A DNA stretch of 64,000 bases. It comes from an uncultured Candidatus Saccharibacteria bacterium. Its GTDB lineage: Bacteria > Patescibacteriota > Saccharimonadia > UBA4664 > CAZJNH01. Shown piece by piece: positions 10,004 to 18,588 of this stretch (its first letter is position 1; each line of letters starts with the position of its first letter). The stretch is from contig CAZJNH010000005.1 in assembly GCA_964547425.1 (NCBI GenBank), positions 17,703-81,702 on the forward strand. Direction: 5' to 3'. Below the pieces are notes generated by a model, which saw only the letters and a list, made by a program, of their open reading frames with translations, had not been told where the DNA came from and did not search any database. The translations under genes were made by a program, and so were the position numbers.

Positions 10004-10462
10004 CTAAATCTCGCCTCGTTCCTGTAGCTCATTTTGAATTTCTTTGATGTTTCCGAGAAATTCCCTCCGCACCGCTAAATCCACGTCGTCGATATAAGGC
10101 GATGGATAACTGCGGCTCAAAAATTTTCCTCTGCGCTCGCTGGTCGACCAGGCATACGACGAGTACTCGCCAGTATCTTTTTCGGTGAAGAAAGCGAACC
10201 CACCAAAGAGAGGGTCAATCTCACCCCGAACAGTTAACTCAATTTTAGAATATTTGCCTACATCCTCGAGCTCTAAATGTTTAGTAGGATATGTGACCTC
10301 GTCCCCTTCAGAAGTGTGCGCTGTTTCTTCGGTCGTTTCGGTCTCAGGGTGCTTAAAAACGATGCTTCTTGCCGTACTGAAGCTTTCGTCGAACAACCTA
10401 TCCTTTTCAGCTTGTTCGGGATTACCGATCTCTTCTGGTGTTGTGCCACTGGTCTCGGACAT
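10004..10462 (-). CDS. Acidic protein of unknown function, RGEI-terminating paralog family member A
   Basis: 152-aa ORF. It shares TPEEIGNPEQAEKD, HPET and a C-terminal ...ELQERGEI* with ORFs 11473..11913 and 62937..63470. Confidence 0.65.
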   Translation of the reverse strand: MSETSGTTPEEIGNPEQAEKDRLFDESFSTARSIVFKHPETETTEETAHTSEGDEVTYPTKHLELEDVGKYSKIELTVRGEIDPLFGGFAFFTEKDTGEYSSYAWSTSERRGKFLSRSYPSPYIDDVDLAVRREFLGNIKEIQNELQERGEI

Positions 10463-10467
10463 AAGGA

Positions 10468-11430
10468 CTACTGTATCACCGTGTCCTTCGCGAAGTCGAG
10501 GTCGCGTTTGGTCTCCCCCTGTTTACCGAGAGGGTCGAGCGTTTTTTCGGCCACAACCTTATTAGTAATAATTAATGCCGTCGAACCTGCGTTGCCGGTG
10601 GTTACCTTGATGTCGTCTTTGCCGGTAAAGGCTTGCGTCGTGCCGGCCAGCATCGTCCCGCGAAACACCTCTTGGCCATCCACCTCCACCACAATCAGCG
10701 TCGCTTTGTCCTTAATCTTCACGCCAACTGCGATCCCATTAAACTTCTTGGCCGGAACCAGCTTTTCTTTGCCTGCCACCGGCGGCAAATGCGCCAGGAT
10801 GTTACGCGTCACAGTGGTGGATTTGCCCAGCTTGTTTTTGGCGGTAATTTGAATCGTGTTTAACCCGTCCGACAGCGCCAATTTGTCGCTGAACTTACCG
10901 TCGTTATCGGCCAAAATCGGCGAGTCGTTGATGAATATGTCGGTTCCCGGAGTCGCCTGCCCGCTGATGTCGACTACGCTGCCGGTAATCGCTTCGTCCG
11001 ACACCGGCGAGCTGATCTCCAGCCTCGGCGCAGCCGCCAAAGCCGAGAACTGCCAGGCCAAATAACTGCCAATCAGCGCCACAACCACCACCGTAGCCGC
11101 GGCCACTGCCAGCTTTGGTGTCAAAGAAACCCTCGAAGACTTCACCGGCTTCGGCGCCGACCGCTCCGGTGTTTCCACCTCGCCCCGCTCGTGGCTATAC
11201 TGCTTGGCCAGAGCCGGACCGTCTAATCCTAAATAGTTGGCGTAGGCTTGCACGAAGCCGCGAATGTAAACGTCGTTGGGAATTGAGTAATCATCCTCTT
11301 CCAACTTCGTCAGATACTTCCCACGAATCTTCGTCGCCAGTTCCACCTGCGACTGCCGCAGACCCTGCTTCTCCCGCTCCTTCCGCAGAACCTCCCCAAC
11401 CTTCTCCGACTTTTTCTCTTTAGGCGTCAT
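10468..11430 (-). CDS. rodZ: RodZ-like cytoskeletal protein (HTH_XRE N-terminus + TM helix + C-terminal DUF4115-like domain)
   Basis: N-terminal HTH (LRKEREKQGLRQSQVELATKI), a central TM segment (VAAATVVVVALIGSYLAW) and a C-terminal beta-rich domain. Confidence 0.7.
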   Translation of the reverse strand: MTPKEKKSEKVGEVLRKEREKQGLRQSQVELATKIRGKYLTKLEEDDYSIPNDVYIRGFVQAYANYLGLDGPALAKQYSHERGEVETPERSAPKPVKSSRVSLTPKLAVAAATVVVVALIGSYLAWQFSALAAAPRLEISSPVSDEAITGSVVDISGQATPGTDIFINDSPILADNDGKFSDKLALSDGLNTIQITAKNKLGKSTTVTRNILAHLPPVAGKEKLVPAKKFNGIAVGVKIKDKATLIVVEVDGQEVFRGTMLAGTTQAFTGKDDIKVTTGNAGSTALIITNKVVAEKTLDPLGKQGETKRDLDFAKDTVIQ

Positions 11431-11472
11431 AAGGTCAGGATACAGGGGCTAGGATCTAGGATCTAGCTATTC

Positions 11473-11913
11473 TTAGATCTCGCCTCGATCCTGAAGTTCG
11501 TTTTCTACCTGTGTGATTAATGCCTGCAACTCCCTCCGTTCGGATATGTCCGTATCCCTTTTGTAGTTTTGGAGGTCATTGTCTTCTAGGTAAGTGATTT
11601 TGCGGTCTTCACTCCAACCATAATCGCGCGCTGGCAGGTCTTCTTTGGGTTCAAAAAAGATAGCGTTAAGCTTCCCTTCGGAATGAGCCGTATGCGATTC
11701 GGTTTTACGAGCTAGTATGGCACGGCCATAGCCAGCGACGTCAAGCAATGTGACATGCCTCGCCTCAACACCATGAGAACTTTCAATTCTAGCTTGGGGA
11801 TGACTTAGAAGGATATTAGTTACCGTTCTCAATGTTGAATTATAAATTTTGTCTTTCTCGGCTTGTTCCGGGTCAGCAAGTTCTTCAGGTGTTGGTCCGG
11901 GACGTTCACGCAT
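11473..11913 (-). CDS. Acidic protein of unknown function, RGEI-terminating paralog family member B
   Basis: 146-aa ORF with the same N-terminal TPEELADPEQAEKD and C-terminal ...ELQDRGEI* motifs as member A. Confidence 0.65.
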   Translation of the reverse strand: MRERPGPTPEELADPEQAEKDKIYNSTLRTVTNILLSHPQARIESSHGVEARHVTLLDVAGYGRAILARKTESHTAHSEGKLNAIFFEPKEDLPARDYGWSEDRKITYLEDNDLQNYKRDTDISERRELQALITQVENELQDRGEI

Positions 11914-11918
11914 TATTT

Positions 11919-14027
11919 TTATTCCTCGATAGTAATATCTTCAACGCTCGCGGCTTCGTCGACGGAGCTGACTAGAACATCGCGGGGGCGGGCGCCGTCG
12001 GGCGGGCCTATTACTCCTCGTTCTTCGAGGATGTCGAGCAATCTGGCGGCACGGGCGTAGCCAACTCGTAATCGGCGTTGGAGTAGCGATGCCGAGGCCT
12101 TGCCGCTGCGAATAACCGTGTCGGCCGCTTCCTGGAACAAATCATCATCTCCGCTTGAGCCATCAAAATCGTGGCCGCGGCCTCCGGCACCCATATGCAC
12201 CGGCTGTGTCAGCACCTCTTCGTTGTAACTCGGCTCCCGTTCCTTTTTAAGGTATTCAGTGACGGCCTTGATCTCTTTTTCGCTGATGAAAGTACTTTGA
12301 ATCCGTTTCGGCTTAGGAGTCTCGGACGACATATATAGCATGTCACCACTGCCCAGCAGCTTCTCGGCGCCACCTTGGTCAATGATCACCCGCGAGTCGA
12401 CTTGCTGGGCCACCGTAAACGCCAATCGGGCCGGCACGTTGGCTTTAATGAGTCCGGTAATGACGTTCACACTCGGTCTCTGAGTCGCCAGTACCAGGTG
12501 AATCCCGGTCGCGCGCGACATCTGCGCCAGCCGGACGATTGCTGACTCCACTTCCTGCGAAGCGACGTGCATCAGGTCCGCCAGCTCGTCGATTACGACT
12601 ACGATATAGGGCATACCCTCATCCTTTTTGGCGGAGTTGTACTCTCCGATATTGCGTTTACCAACCTCGGCAAACAGCTTGTACCGGCGCTCCATCTCCA
12701 TCACCGTCCACTTCAGCGCCGAGATACATTCCTTGGGTTCAACGATCACCGGCGACAGCAAGTGCGGGATGTTGTTGTACATCGTCAGCTCCACCCGCTT
12801 AGGGTCAACCAGGATAAGCTTTAGATCCGAAGGCGAGTTGCGGTAAAGCAAACTCATCAGGAAAGTATTGATCATAATCGACTTACCGGAACCCGTGGCA
12901 CCGGCGATCAGCATATGAGGCATTTTGGCGAGGTCCGCGATCATCGGCTCTCCCGAAACGTCACGGCCGAGAACGAAAGTCAGCGGCGACTTTGAGGCCT
13001 TAAACTGATTCGAGCCTACCAGGTCCCGCATCCGCACCAAGGCCGGCTTTTTGTTGGGGATCTCAATGCCAACCGCGCTTTTGCCCGGAATCGGCGCCTC
13101 AATCCGCAGTGGATGCGCCGCTAGCGCCAGGCTCAAGTTGTGGTCGAGTTGCGTTATTTTGTTCAATTTTACGCCGCTCTCCGGCTTGATCGTATATTGA
13201 GTAACTGTTGGACCCACGTTGACTTCGCCGAGGCCAACTTCGATGCCGAAACTCTCCAAAGTTTTGTGGATAGTCGCGGCGTTTTCCTTGATATTACCAG
13301 CGTCCGGCTGGGTGGTAGTTTCTTCGAGTAAATCAAGCCCTGGCCCCTTCCAGTCTGGGTCGGCGCCGGCGGTCAGCGGCTCAAACTCTTGCTGCGCCGG
13401 AGGCTTCCCGCCCAGCGTTCCACGGATCGGTAATTTGGTTGAAAGTACGGCGCTCGCGGGGTCATTAATGGCAAACTCGTCCTCGTTCCCGCGCCGAAAT
13501 AATTTCATTATCAGATGCCAAACGTCGCTTAATTTGGTGTTAGTGGCGACGATGAAGCTGATGAGTAAAACCGCGATCAGCAGAATGATCGAAGCGGTCT
13601 TGTTCGCCAGCCTGAGCAAGCCAAGACTAACCAGGTAGCCAATGACTCCGCCGCCAACGCCGTCTTTGGCGTGCTGCAGGGCGTTGTCGGAGTACGGCAG
13701 ATGCATTAGACCGGCTAGAGCCACAACGATCAGGAAAAGTCCGATGTAGTTGTTGGCCCGCATCTGGTATTTCTTTGGCTGAAAGAGCAGCCACGCCAGC
13801 AGGAAAAACAGCAGCGGCAGAACGTATGCGACCCAGCCAACCAGTATCCTCAACCCCGTTAATGTCCAAGATAACAGCGAACCGCCGACCCCAAACATTG
13901 CCAGAATCAAAAGGAATGCGAGCGCCACAAGGACAATCGCTGTAATCTCGGCAACTAGTTCGGGATCCAGCTGCGGCCTAAGGCTGGGCAAATCCCTTTT
14001 TTGCTTGCGTTTCTTCCGTCGCGCCAT
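11919..14027 (-). CDS. ftsK: DNA translocase FtsK
   Basis: N-terminal TM helices, Walker A GATGSGKS, and C-terminal gamma/wHTH domain. Confidence 0.9.
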   Translation of the reverse strand: MARRKKRKQKRDLPSLRPQLDPELVAEITAIVLVALAFLLILAMFGVGGSLLSWTLTGLRILVGWVAYVLPLLFFLLAWLLFQPKKYQMRANNYIGLFLIVVALAGLMHLPYSDNALQHAKDGVGGGVIGYLVSLGLLRLANKTASIILLIAVLLISFIVATNTKLSDVWHLIMKLFRRGNEDEFAINDPASAVLSTKLPIRGTLGGKPPAQQEFEPLTAGADPDWKGPGLDLLEETTTQPDAGNIKENAATIHKTLESFGIEVGLGEVNVGPTVTQYTIKPESGVKLNKITQLDHNLSLALAAHPLRIEAPIPGKSAVGIEIPNKKPALVRMRDLVGSNQFKASKSPLTFVLGRDVSGEPMIADLAKMPHMLIAGATGSGKSIMINTFLMSLLYRNSPSDLKLILVDPKRVELTMYNNIPHLLSPVIVEPKECISALKWTVMEMERRYKLFAEVGKRNIGEYNSAKKDEGMPYIVVVIDELADLMHVASQEVESAIVRLAQMSRATGIHLVLATQRPSVNVITGLIKANVPARLAFTVAQQVDSRVIIDQGGAEKLLGSGDMLYMSSETPKPKRIQSTFISEKEIKAVTEYLKKEREPSYNEEVLTQPVHMGAGGRGHDFDGSSGDDDLFQEAADTVIRSGKASASLLQRRLRVGYARAARLLDILEERGVIGPPDGARPRDVLVSSVDEAASVEDITIEE

Positions 14028-14066
14028 AACCTATATTATACCTGTTAGCGTAAGCTCTTTATAGTT

Positions 14067-14981
14067 CTAATGTGCCAGGACAATCGTGCCAAGAATAATT
14101 ATCGCGGCGGCCAGGACCTTGCGAGTAAGATGTTGGCGGGAGATATTTTCCTTGATGATATGAGGAAAAAAGATGGTAAGTATTGCGCCGAACCCAATTA
14201 GATAAATCGCTTGGACACTCATTACCGCCTGCACGATCGCCACCGGCACCAGCAACATGGCATAGCGCATGGCCGCAAGGCCGCTCAAGTTCAGCAGCTC
14301 GTTGGCCTCGCCCAGGCTTAGGGCTACGACTTTATGCTTTGACAGTAGATCCAAAAATCCCCGCCGAGCAGACCGGCTAAGGCAAAAGACCGTAATCGAA
14401 GCGATCAAACCAGCCGAAAATTCGTAGAACTGCGTGGGCACATACGACGATTCAACTGCTACGAACTTAAAGACAATGTTACTGAAGGCAATTGCAAGCG
14501 AAGCGACAGCCATCAACCAAAACACCCGGCGGTTAAACGTGGTCTTGCCGGAGGTTTTATCGAGGTTGATTGAGATGGAGCCTAGTAGAATCAGCCCTAT
14601 CCCCGCCAGTTCGAGTAACGATAAGGACTCATGCAAAAAAATTAGCCCCAGGACGTAGTTCGCCACAATGATCATCTGGAATAGTGTTGCCACGACCGAC
14701 GTTTCAGCGACCTTCAACGCCCGGTAATAGACATAAAAGGCGGCGGTTGTGAGTAGCCCGACCAATATGCCTCCGAGCGCGTTGCGTAAGCTGTAATGGG
14801 CTAGTTGATGGCGCGCGAACCAGCCAAAAACAATTAAAAGCGGGGTAACACAAAGGCCGGTCAAGATAGTTACCGGACCAGCAGAGTCTCCTTCCGCGAT
14901 GCGCGACAACAAATACTTCTCGATGAAGTTTGTCGACGCAAACAGTAGCGGCGCGATTAAGGCTAAAGCAAACCACAGCAT
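14067..14981 (-). CDS. DMT-superfamily (EamA-like) transporter
   Basis: About 10 TM helices. ORF 14067..15293 was trimmed to the MLWFALALIAPLLF start, because the upstream extension has no membrane or coding character. Confidence 0.7.
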   Translation of the reverse strand: MLWFALALIAPLLFASTNFIEKYLLSRIAEGDSAGPVTILTGLCVTPLLIVFGWFARHQLAHYSLRNALGGILVGLLTTAAFYVYYRALKVAETSVVATLFQMIIVANYVLGLIFLHESLSLLELAGIGLILLGSISINLDKTSGKTTFNRRVFWLMAVASLAIAFSNIVFKFVAVESSYVPTQFYEFSAGLIASITVFCLSRSARRGFLDLLSKHKVVALSLGEANELLNLSGLAAMRYAMLLVPVAIVQAVMSVQAIYLIGFGAILTIFFPHIIKENISRQHLTRKVLAAAIIILGTIVLAH

Positions 14982-15054
14982 GCTTCCAATTCTAAGCCAA
15001 AACGCTATACTTATCCGCACGTTCGATCCGGAAGGACTTTGACAAGCGAGGAGG

Positions 15055-15138
15055 GTTAGATGCGTCTGTTCATTCACCGGCTGGTCAACGCACCAGAGCC
15101 GCCAAGAGGGATCTTCGACGAAGACAGCCAGAGTCCCG
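15055..15138 (+). CDS. Possible 27-codon leader ORF (MRLFIHRLVNAPEPPRGIFDEDSQSPE)
   Basis: A GAGGAGG RBS lies 5 nt upstream of the ATG. The ORF is too short for the ORF track. Speculative. Confidence 0.25.
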
Positions 15139-15152
15139 AATAGGAGGAAATA

Positions 15153-15356
15153 GTGGCAAAGGCGTGTGCGGAGCAATGCTGTCCCGGGAAGAGAATCTTC
15201 TCGACTCATGACGAGGCCCAGCGGCACATCGGCCGAGTCCGAATGCAGATGGGATGGCGGCTGAGGGTTTACAAGTGCCCGAAGTGCAAGCATTTACACG
15301 TGAGCAGTTCGGAATCCAGAGGGAGGAATAAAGCCGGGACAAGGAGAAAACGATGA
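15153..15356 (+). CDS. Small zinc-ribbon protein (Cys cluster CAEQCC...CPKCKH), function unknown
   Basis: GTG start 5 nt after an AGGAGG RBS; 67 aa, basic, with a C-x3-CC...C-P-x-C-x-H motif. Confidence 0.55.
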   Translation: MAKACAEQCCPGKRIFSTHDEAQRHIGRVRMQMGWRLRVYKCPKCKHLHVSSSESRGRNKAGTRRKR

Positions 15357-15625
15357 AGCCGGTTATCACTAGCTTGCCTCCCGAGTTATTTGAGGCCTGC
15401 CAGACTCTGGCCACAGTACTCGGGATCGAGGTTGGTGAATTGATGCTCGAGATCACTTGGGAGTTCATCGAAATGATCGAAGGCGACCTTGAGCTCCTGG
15501 GAAGACTGACCAACCACGACAGGTCAGTCAGGTTGGCCTTGAACTCGGCGGTAAGCCTGCGCAACCGCGAGCGTCAATTGAATGGCGCTAAACCGGCAAG
15601 CAAGCTGAGGGGAGGGCTGCGATGA
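15353..15625 (+). CDS. Small acidic protein with basic C-terminus, function unknown
   Basis: ATGA overlap with the upstream ORF, AGGAG RBS, 90 aa. Confidence 0.5.
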   Translation: MKPVITSLPPELFEACQTLATVLGIEVGELMLEITWEFIEMIEGDLELLGRLTNHDRSVRLALNSAVSLRNRERQLNGAKPASKLRGGLR

Positions 15626-15723
15626 AAAAGAAGCACCTGTGGCTCATCGGATTGTTGCTGCTCGCGGCGATAGTTCCCCTCTGGAAGCGCTGGTGGGGCA
15701 CTCTGCCGAGTTTCGAGAACTGA
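15622..15723 (+). CDS. Hydrophobic 33-aa peptide (MKKKHLWLIGLLLLAAIVPLWKRWW...), single TM helix
   Basis: ATGA overlap with the previous ORF; strongly hydrophobic core. Speculative. Confidence 0.3.
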   Translation: MKKKHLWLIGLLLLAAIVPLWKRWWGTLPSFEN

Positions 15724-15869
15724 TGGATACATTCCCTTGGCCAATGATCGTCGAGAAGTTCTCCTCGGCGATCAAAGAGCCCAGCGCAAAGCAGCAGAAG
15801 CTGCGCGAGCTGGCCGACAAGACGCTCAAGTTCAACCCGGTCGATCCCGACAAACCGATCGGGGGATGA
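15721..15869 (+). CDS. Small protein (49 aa), function unknown
   Basis: The start overlaps the preceding stop (TGATG). It is part of the ORF-track entry 15639..15869. Confidence 0.35.
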
Positions 15870-15870
15870 A

Positions 15871-16056
15871 ATGGCGGTCATAATTGTTCCTGCGCTTAGT
15901 TCGGGACCTTCAAGGCCGATCAGGAAAACCAAGGAATTGGTCGAGGTTGTCCAGAACGGTCGGTTCTACGAACGTAACGCCAAAGAGGTTTGGCCGTCGT
16001 CGATCAAAGCTCAGCCTGCATTGGCTGAGCTGTTCCGAAATAGAGAGTGGCATTAA
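15871..16056 (+). CDS. Small protein (61 aa), function unknown
   Basis: ATGAAATG junction with the previous ORF; a terminator hairpin follows. Confidence 0.4.
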   Translation: MAVIIVPALSSGPSRPIRKTKELVEVVQNGRFYERNAKEVWPSSIKAQPALAELFRNREWH

Positions 16057-16086
16057 AAGCCCGGGCGCGCATCGATGATGCGCCCG
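16044..16086. terminator. Bidirectional intrinsic terminator (GCCCGGGCGCGCATC...GATGCGCCCGGGC flanked by A4/T4)
   Basis: About 13-bp GC-rich stem with an A-tract on the left and TTTTCTT on the right. It sits between the convergent small-ORF operon and rnj. Confidence 0.65.
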
Positions 16087-16094
16087 GGCTTTTC

Positions 16095-17894
16095 TTATAT
16101 TTCGATGACGACGGGGACGATCATCGGGGAACGTTTGGTTTGCTTGTAGAGGAAGTCGCTCAAATCGTCGCGGAGGCGTAGTTTAAACCGGTTCCAGTCG
16201 TTGGGTTTGTTGGGGCTGGCCTGGCGCTTAGCAAAAGCCTGGCGCACTTCGGCGCGGGCTTTGGCGATCAACTCCTCGTTTTCCTTCATATAGATGAAGC
16301 CGCGGGAGATGACATCAGGGCTCGTAATCATCCGGCCCGTCTTTTTCTCAACGGTCGCAACGACTACGAATATGCCATCCTTAGCCATCGCCAGCCGGTC
16401 GCGAAGGACGATGCCTTCCACGTCACCTACTCCCGAACCATCGATCATAATCATCCCGGCCTTCACACTTTCGCCTTTTTTAGCGACACCGGGCTGGGCA
16501 AGCTCCAAGACATTGCCATTATCCAAGACGAATACATTTTTTAATTCAATGCCATTTTTAGTCGCCAGTTCGGCGTGGCGCATCAGGTGATGGAACTCGC
16601 CGTGGATCGGCACAAAGTACTTCGGATGGATCAGCTTAATCAGCTCTGCCAGATCATCCCGGCTAGCGTGGCCAGAAACGTGCAAAGGGCCGCAGTCGTC
16701 CAGCTGTCGGTGGATGTGCTGGAAGACCTTGGAACCTTCGCGCAGCAAGCCATCGACCGTATGGACCACCGAAACTTCATTTCCGGGGATCACACTCGAA
16801 CTCATAATCACGCTGTCGCCCGGCTTAATCTTGATAAACGGATGGTCACCGGTCGCCATTTTGTTTAAGACGGAGTTGATTTCACCCTGGTGTCCGGTGC
16901 ACATCACAGCCACCGTCTTGTCGGGCATCTTGGCCATATCCTGCAATCTAATGATTAGCCCGGCCGGGATGCGAAGGTAGCCGAGTTTGACCGCCAGCTC
17001 GACGTTGGCCAGCATTGAGCGGCCAGCGAAGGCCAGCTTGCGGTTGGTCATCTCGCACGCCTTAATTACTCCCTGCATCCGGTGGATGTTACTGGAAATA
17101 GCCGACACAATAATCCGGCCTTTAATGCGCTTAAACAGCTCCTCAAAGCTCGGTTCAACGACCTTCTCGCTCGGGGTCCGGCCGAGCTGTTCACAGTTGG
17201 TACTGTCGCTCATGAGCAGCAGTACGCCTTGCTTGTCGGCAATCTCTTGCAGCCGAGGGAGGTCCATTAATTTCCCATCGATCGGCGTACGGTCGAGCCG
17301 CCAGTCGCCGGTGTGGACGATCACTCCGACAGGAGTTTCGATTACCACGGCACAGGCGTCCGGAATCGAGTGGGTTACCCTGACCAGTTCAATCTTGAAG
17401 ACGCCCAGCTGAATTTTTTCGTGTTTATCGGGGTCGATTACCCGCATCACCGGCTGAGTTTTGAGCCGAAATTCGACCAGTTTTTTCTCGATCATACCGG
17501 CGGTAAAGCGCGACAAATATAAAGGGGCCTGGACTTTCGGCAAGACGTAAGGTATGGCGCCAATGTGGTCTTCGTGAGCGTGGGTAATGATGTAGGCTTT
17601 GACCTTGTGCTTGTTCTGCTCGAGGTAGGTAATGTCGGGAATGACGTAGTCGATCCCCGGCTGGGAGTCGTTGGGGAAGGCAAAGCCGGCGTCGACCACA
17701 ATAATGTCGTCACCGTATTCGATTGCCATCATATTTTTGCCGACCTCGCCCAAGCCGCCGAGCGGAATTACGCGGACAGTCGGAACACGGTTGGCCACGT
17801 TGGCCTGCCTCGGTTGAGGCTGGGGATTTTGATTTGGTTTTGGAGCTGCATTTTGCCCCTGGGGCTGCGGTTTAACCGCAGTTGTTGGATTCAT
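16095..17894 (-). CDS. rnj: Ribonuclease J (metallo-beta-lactamase/beta-CASP)
   Basis: HAHEDHIG motif, beta-CASP region, 599 aa with a Pro/Gln-rich N-terminal extension. Confidence 0.85.
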   Translation of the reverse strand: MNPTTAVKPQPQGQNAAPKPNQNPQPQPRQANVANRVPTVRVIPLGGLGEVGKNMMAIEYGDDIIVVDAGFAFPNDSQPGIDYVIPDITYLEQNKHKVKAYIITHAHEDHIGAIPYVLPKVQAPLYLSRFTAGMIEKKLVEFRLKTQPVMRVIDPDKHEKIQLGVFKIELVRVTHSIPDACAVVIETPVGVIVHTGDWRLDRTPIDGKLMDLPRLQEIADKQGVLLLMSDSTNCEQLGRTPSEKVVEPSFEELFKRIKGRIIVSAISSNIHRMQGVIKACEMTNRKLAFAGRSMLANVELAVKLGYLRIPAGLIIRLQDMAKMPDKTVAVMCTGHQGEINSVLNKMATGDHPFIKIKPGDSVIMSSSVIPGNEVSVVHTVDGLLREGSKVFQHIHRQLDDCGPLHVSGHASRDDLAELIKLIHPKYFVPIHGEFHHLMRHAELATKNGIELKNVFVLDNGNVLELAQPGVAKKGESVKAGMIMIDGSGVGDVEGIVLRDRLAMAKDGIFVVVATVEKKTGRMITSPDVISRGFIYMKENEELIAKARAEVRQAFAKRQASPNKPNDWNRFKLRLRDDLSDFLYKQTKRSPMIVPVVIEI

Positions 17895-17916
17895 AAATTA
17901 GTTAATATTTCCTTTC

Positions 17917-18546
17917 TTAAATTTCTAGTTTCATATTCTTAATTGGTTTTGATTCAGGTTTCATCTCATTGATTTGCTTAAGGATCGCCGGAATCTTGGA
18001 GAAGTCGGAGATCAAAGTCTGCTTCATCGATCCGTTATAAAGAGCCGCAGCAGGGTGAAATAAAGGGAGATAAACTCTACCGTTTTTTTTCATCGGGTGA
18101 CCGTGCACTTCGCTAATCCGTTTGTCTGGCAGAAACACGCTCATAGCGTGGCGGCCAAGGAAGACGGTCAGCTTCGGTTGGATAATGTCGAGTTGCTGCA
18201 TTAAGTACGGCATAAACGCCTCGCGCTCCTCCGGCTCAGGATCCCGGTTGTTCGGCGGGCGGTACTTCACAATGTTGGTGATGTAAACTTGCTCGCGTTT
18301 GAGACCGATTGTGCCCAGCATTTCGTTCAGAAACTTGCCGGCCGCTCCCACAAACGGCTTGCCCTGCTCGTCTTCTTGCTTGCCCGGAGCCTCACCTATA
18401 AAGACGATCTCGGCATCTGGCGACCCATCGGCGAAGACCAGTTGCGTCGCGCCGTCACGCAGCTGCGGACAGACGTTGTCCTTCTTGATCTGCTCTTCGA
18501 CCGCGGCCAAAGCCGCAGCCTTATCTTCACTACTCATTTCGGGCAA
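17917..18546 (-). CDS. Uracil-DNA glycosylase, family 4
   Basis: GEAPGKQEDEQGKPFVGAAGKFL is the family-4 UDG motif. Confidence 0.8.
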   Translation of the reverse strand: MPEMSSEDKAAALAAVEEQIKKDNVCPQLRDGATQLVFADGSPDAEIVFIGEAPGKQEDEQGKPFVGAAGKFLNEMLGTIGLKREQVYITNIVKYRPPNNRDPEPEEREAFMPYLMQQLDIIQPKLTVFLGRHAMSVFLPDKRISEVHGHPMKKNGRVYLPLFHPAAALYNGSMKQTLISDFSKIPAILKQINEMKPESKPIKNMKLEI

Positions 18547-18588
18547 AGCCAGGCCTTCGATTTCGCTCAGGCTAGGCTTTGATCAAAA

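Noticed and set aside
14982-15293. N-terminal extension of ORF 14067..15293 (DMT transporter), and analogous extensions of 25465..26478, 31242..31874, 48882..49808 and 56387..57523
   Set aside because: Each extension lacks domain continuity and overlaps an intergenic regulatory region or a gene on the other strand. An internal Met with an RBS and with the stop/start-overlap pattern of this genome gives the canonical protein. Genes were trimmed accordingly.
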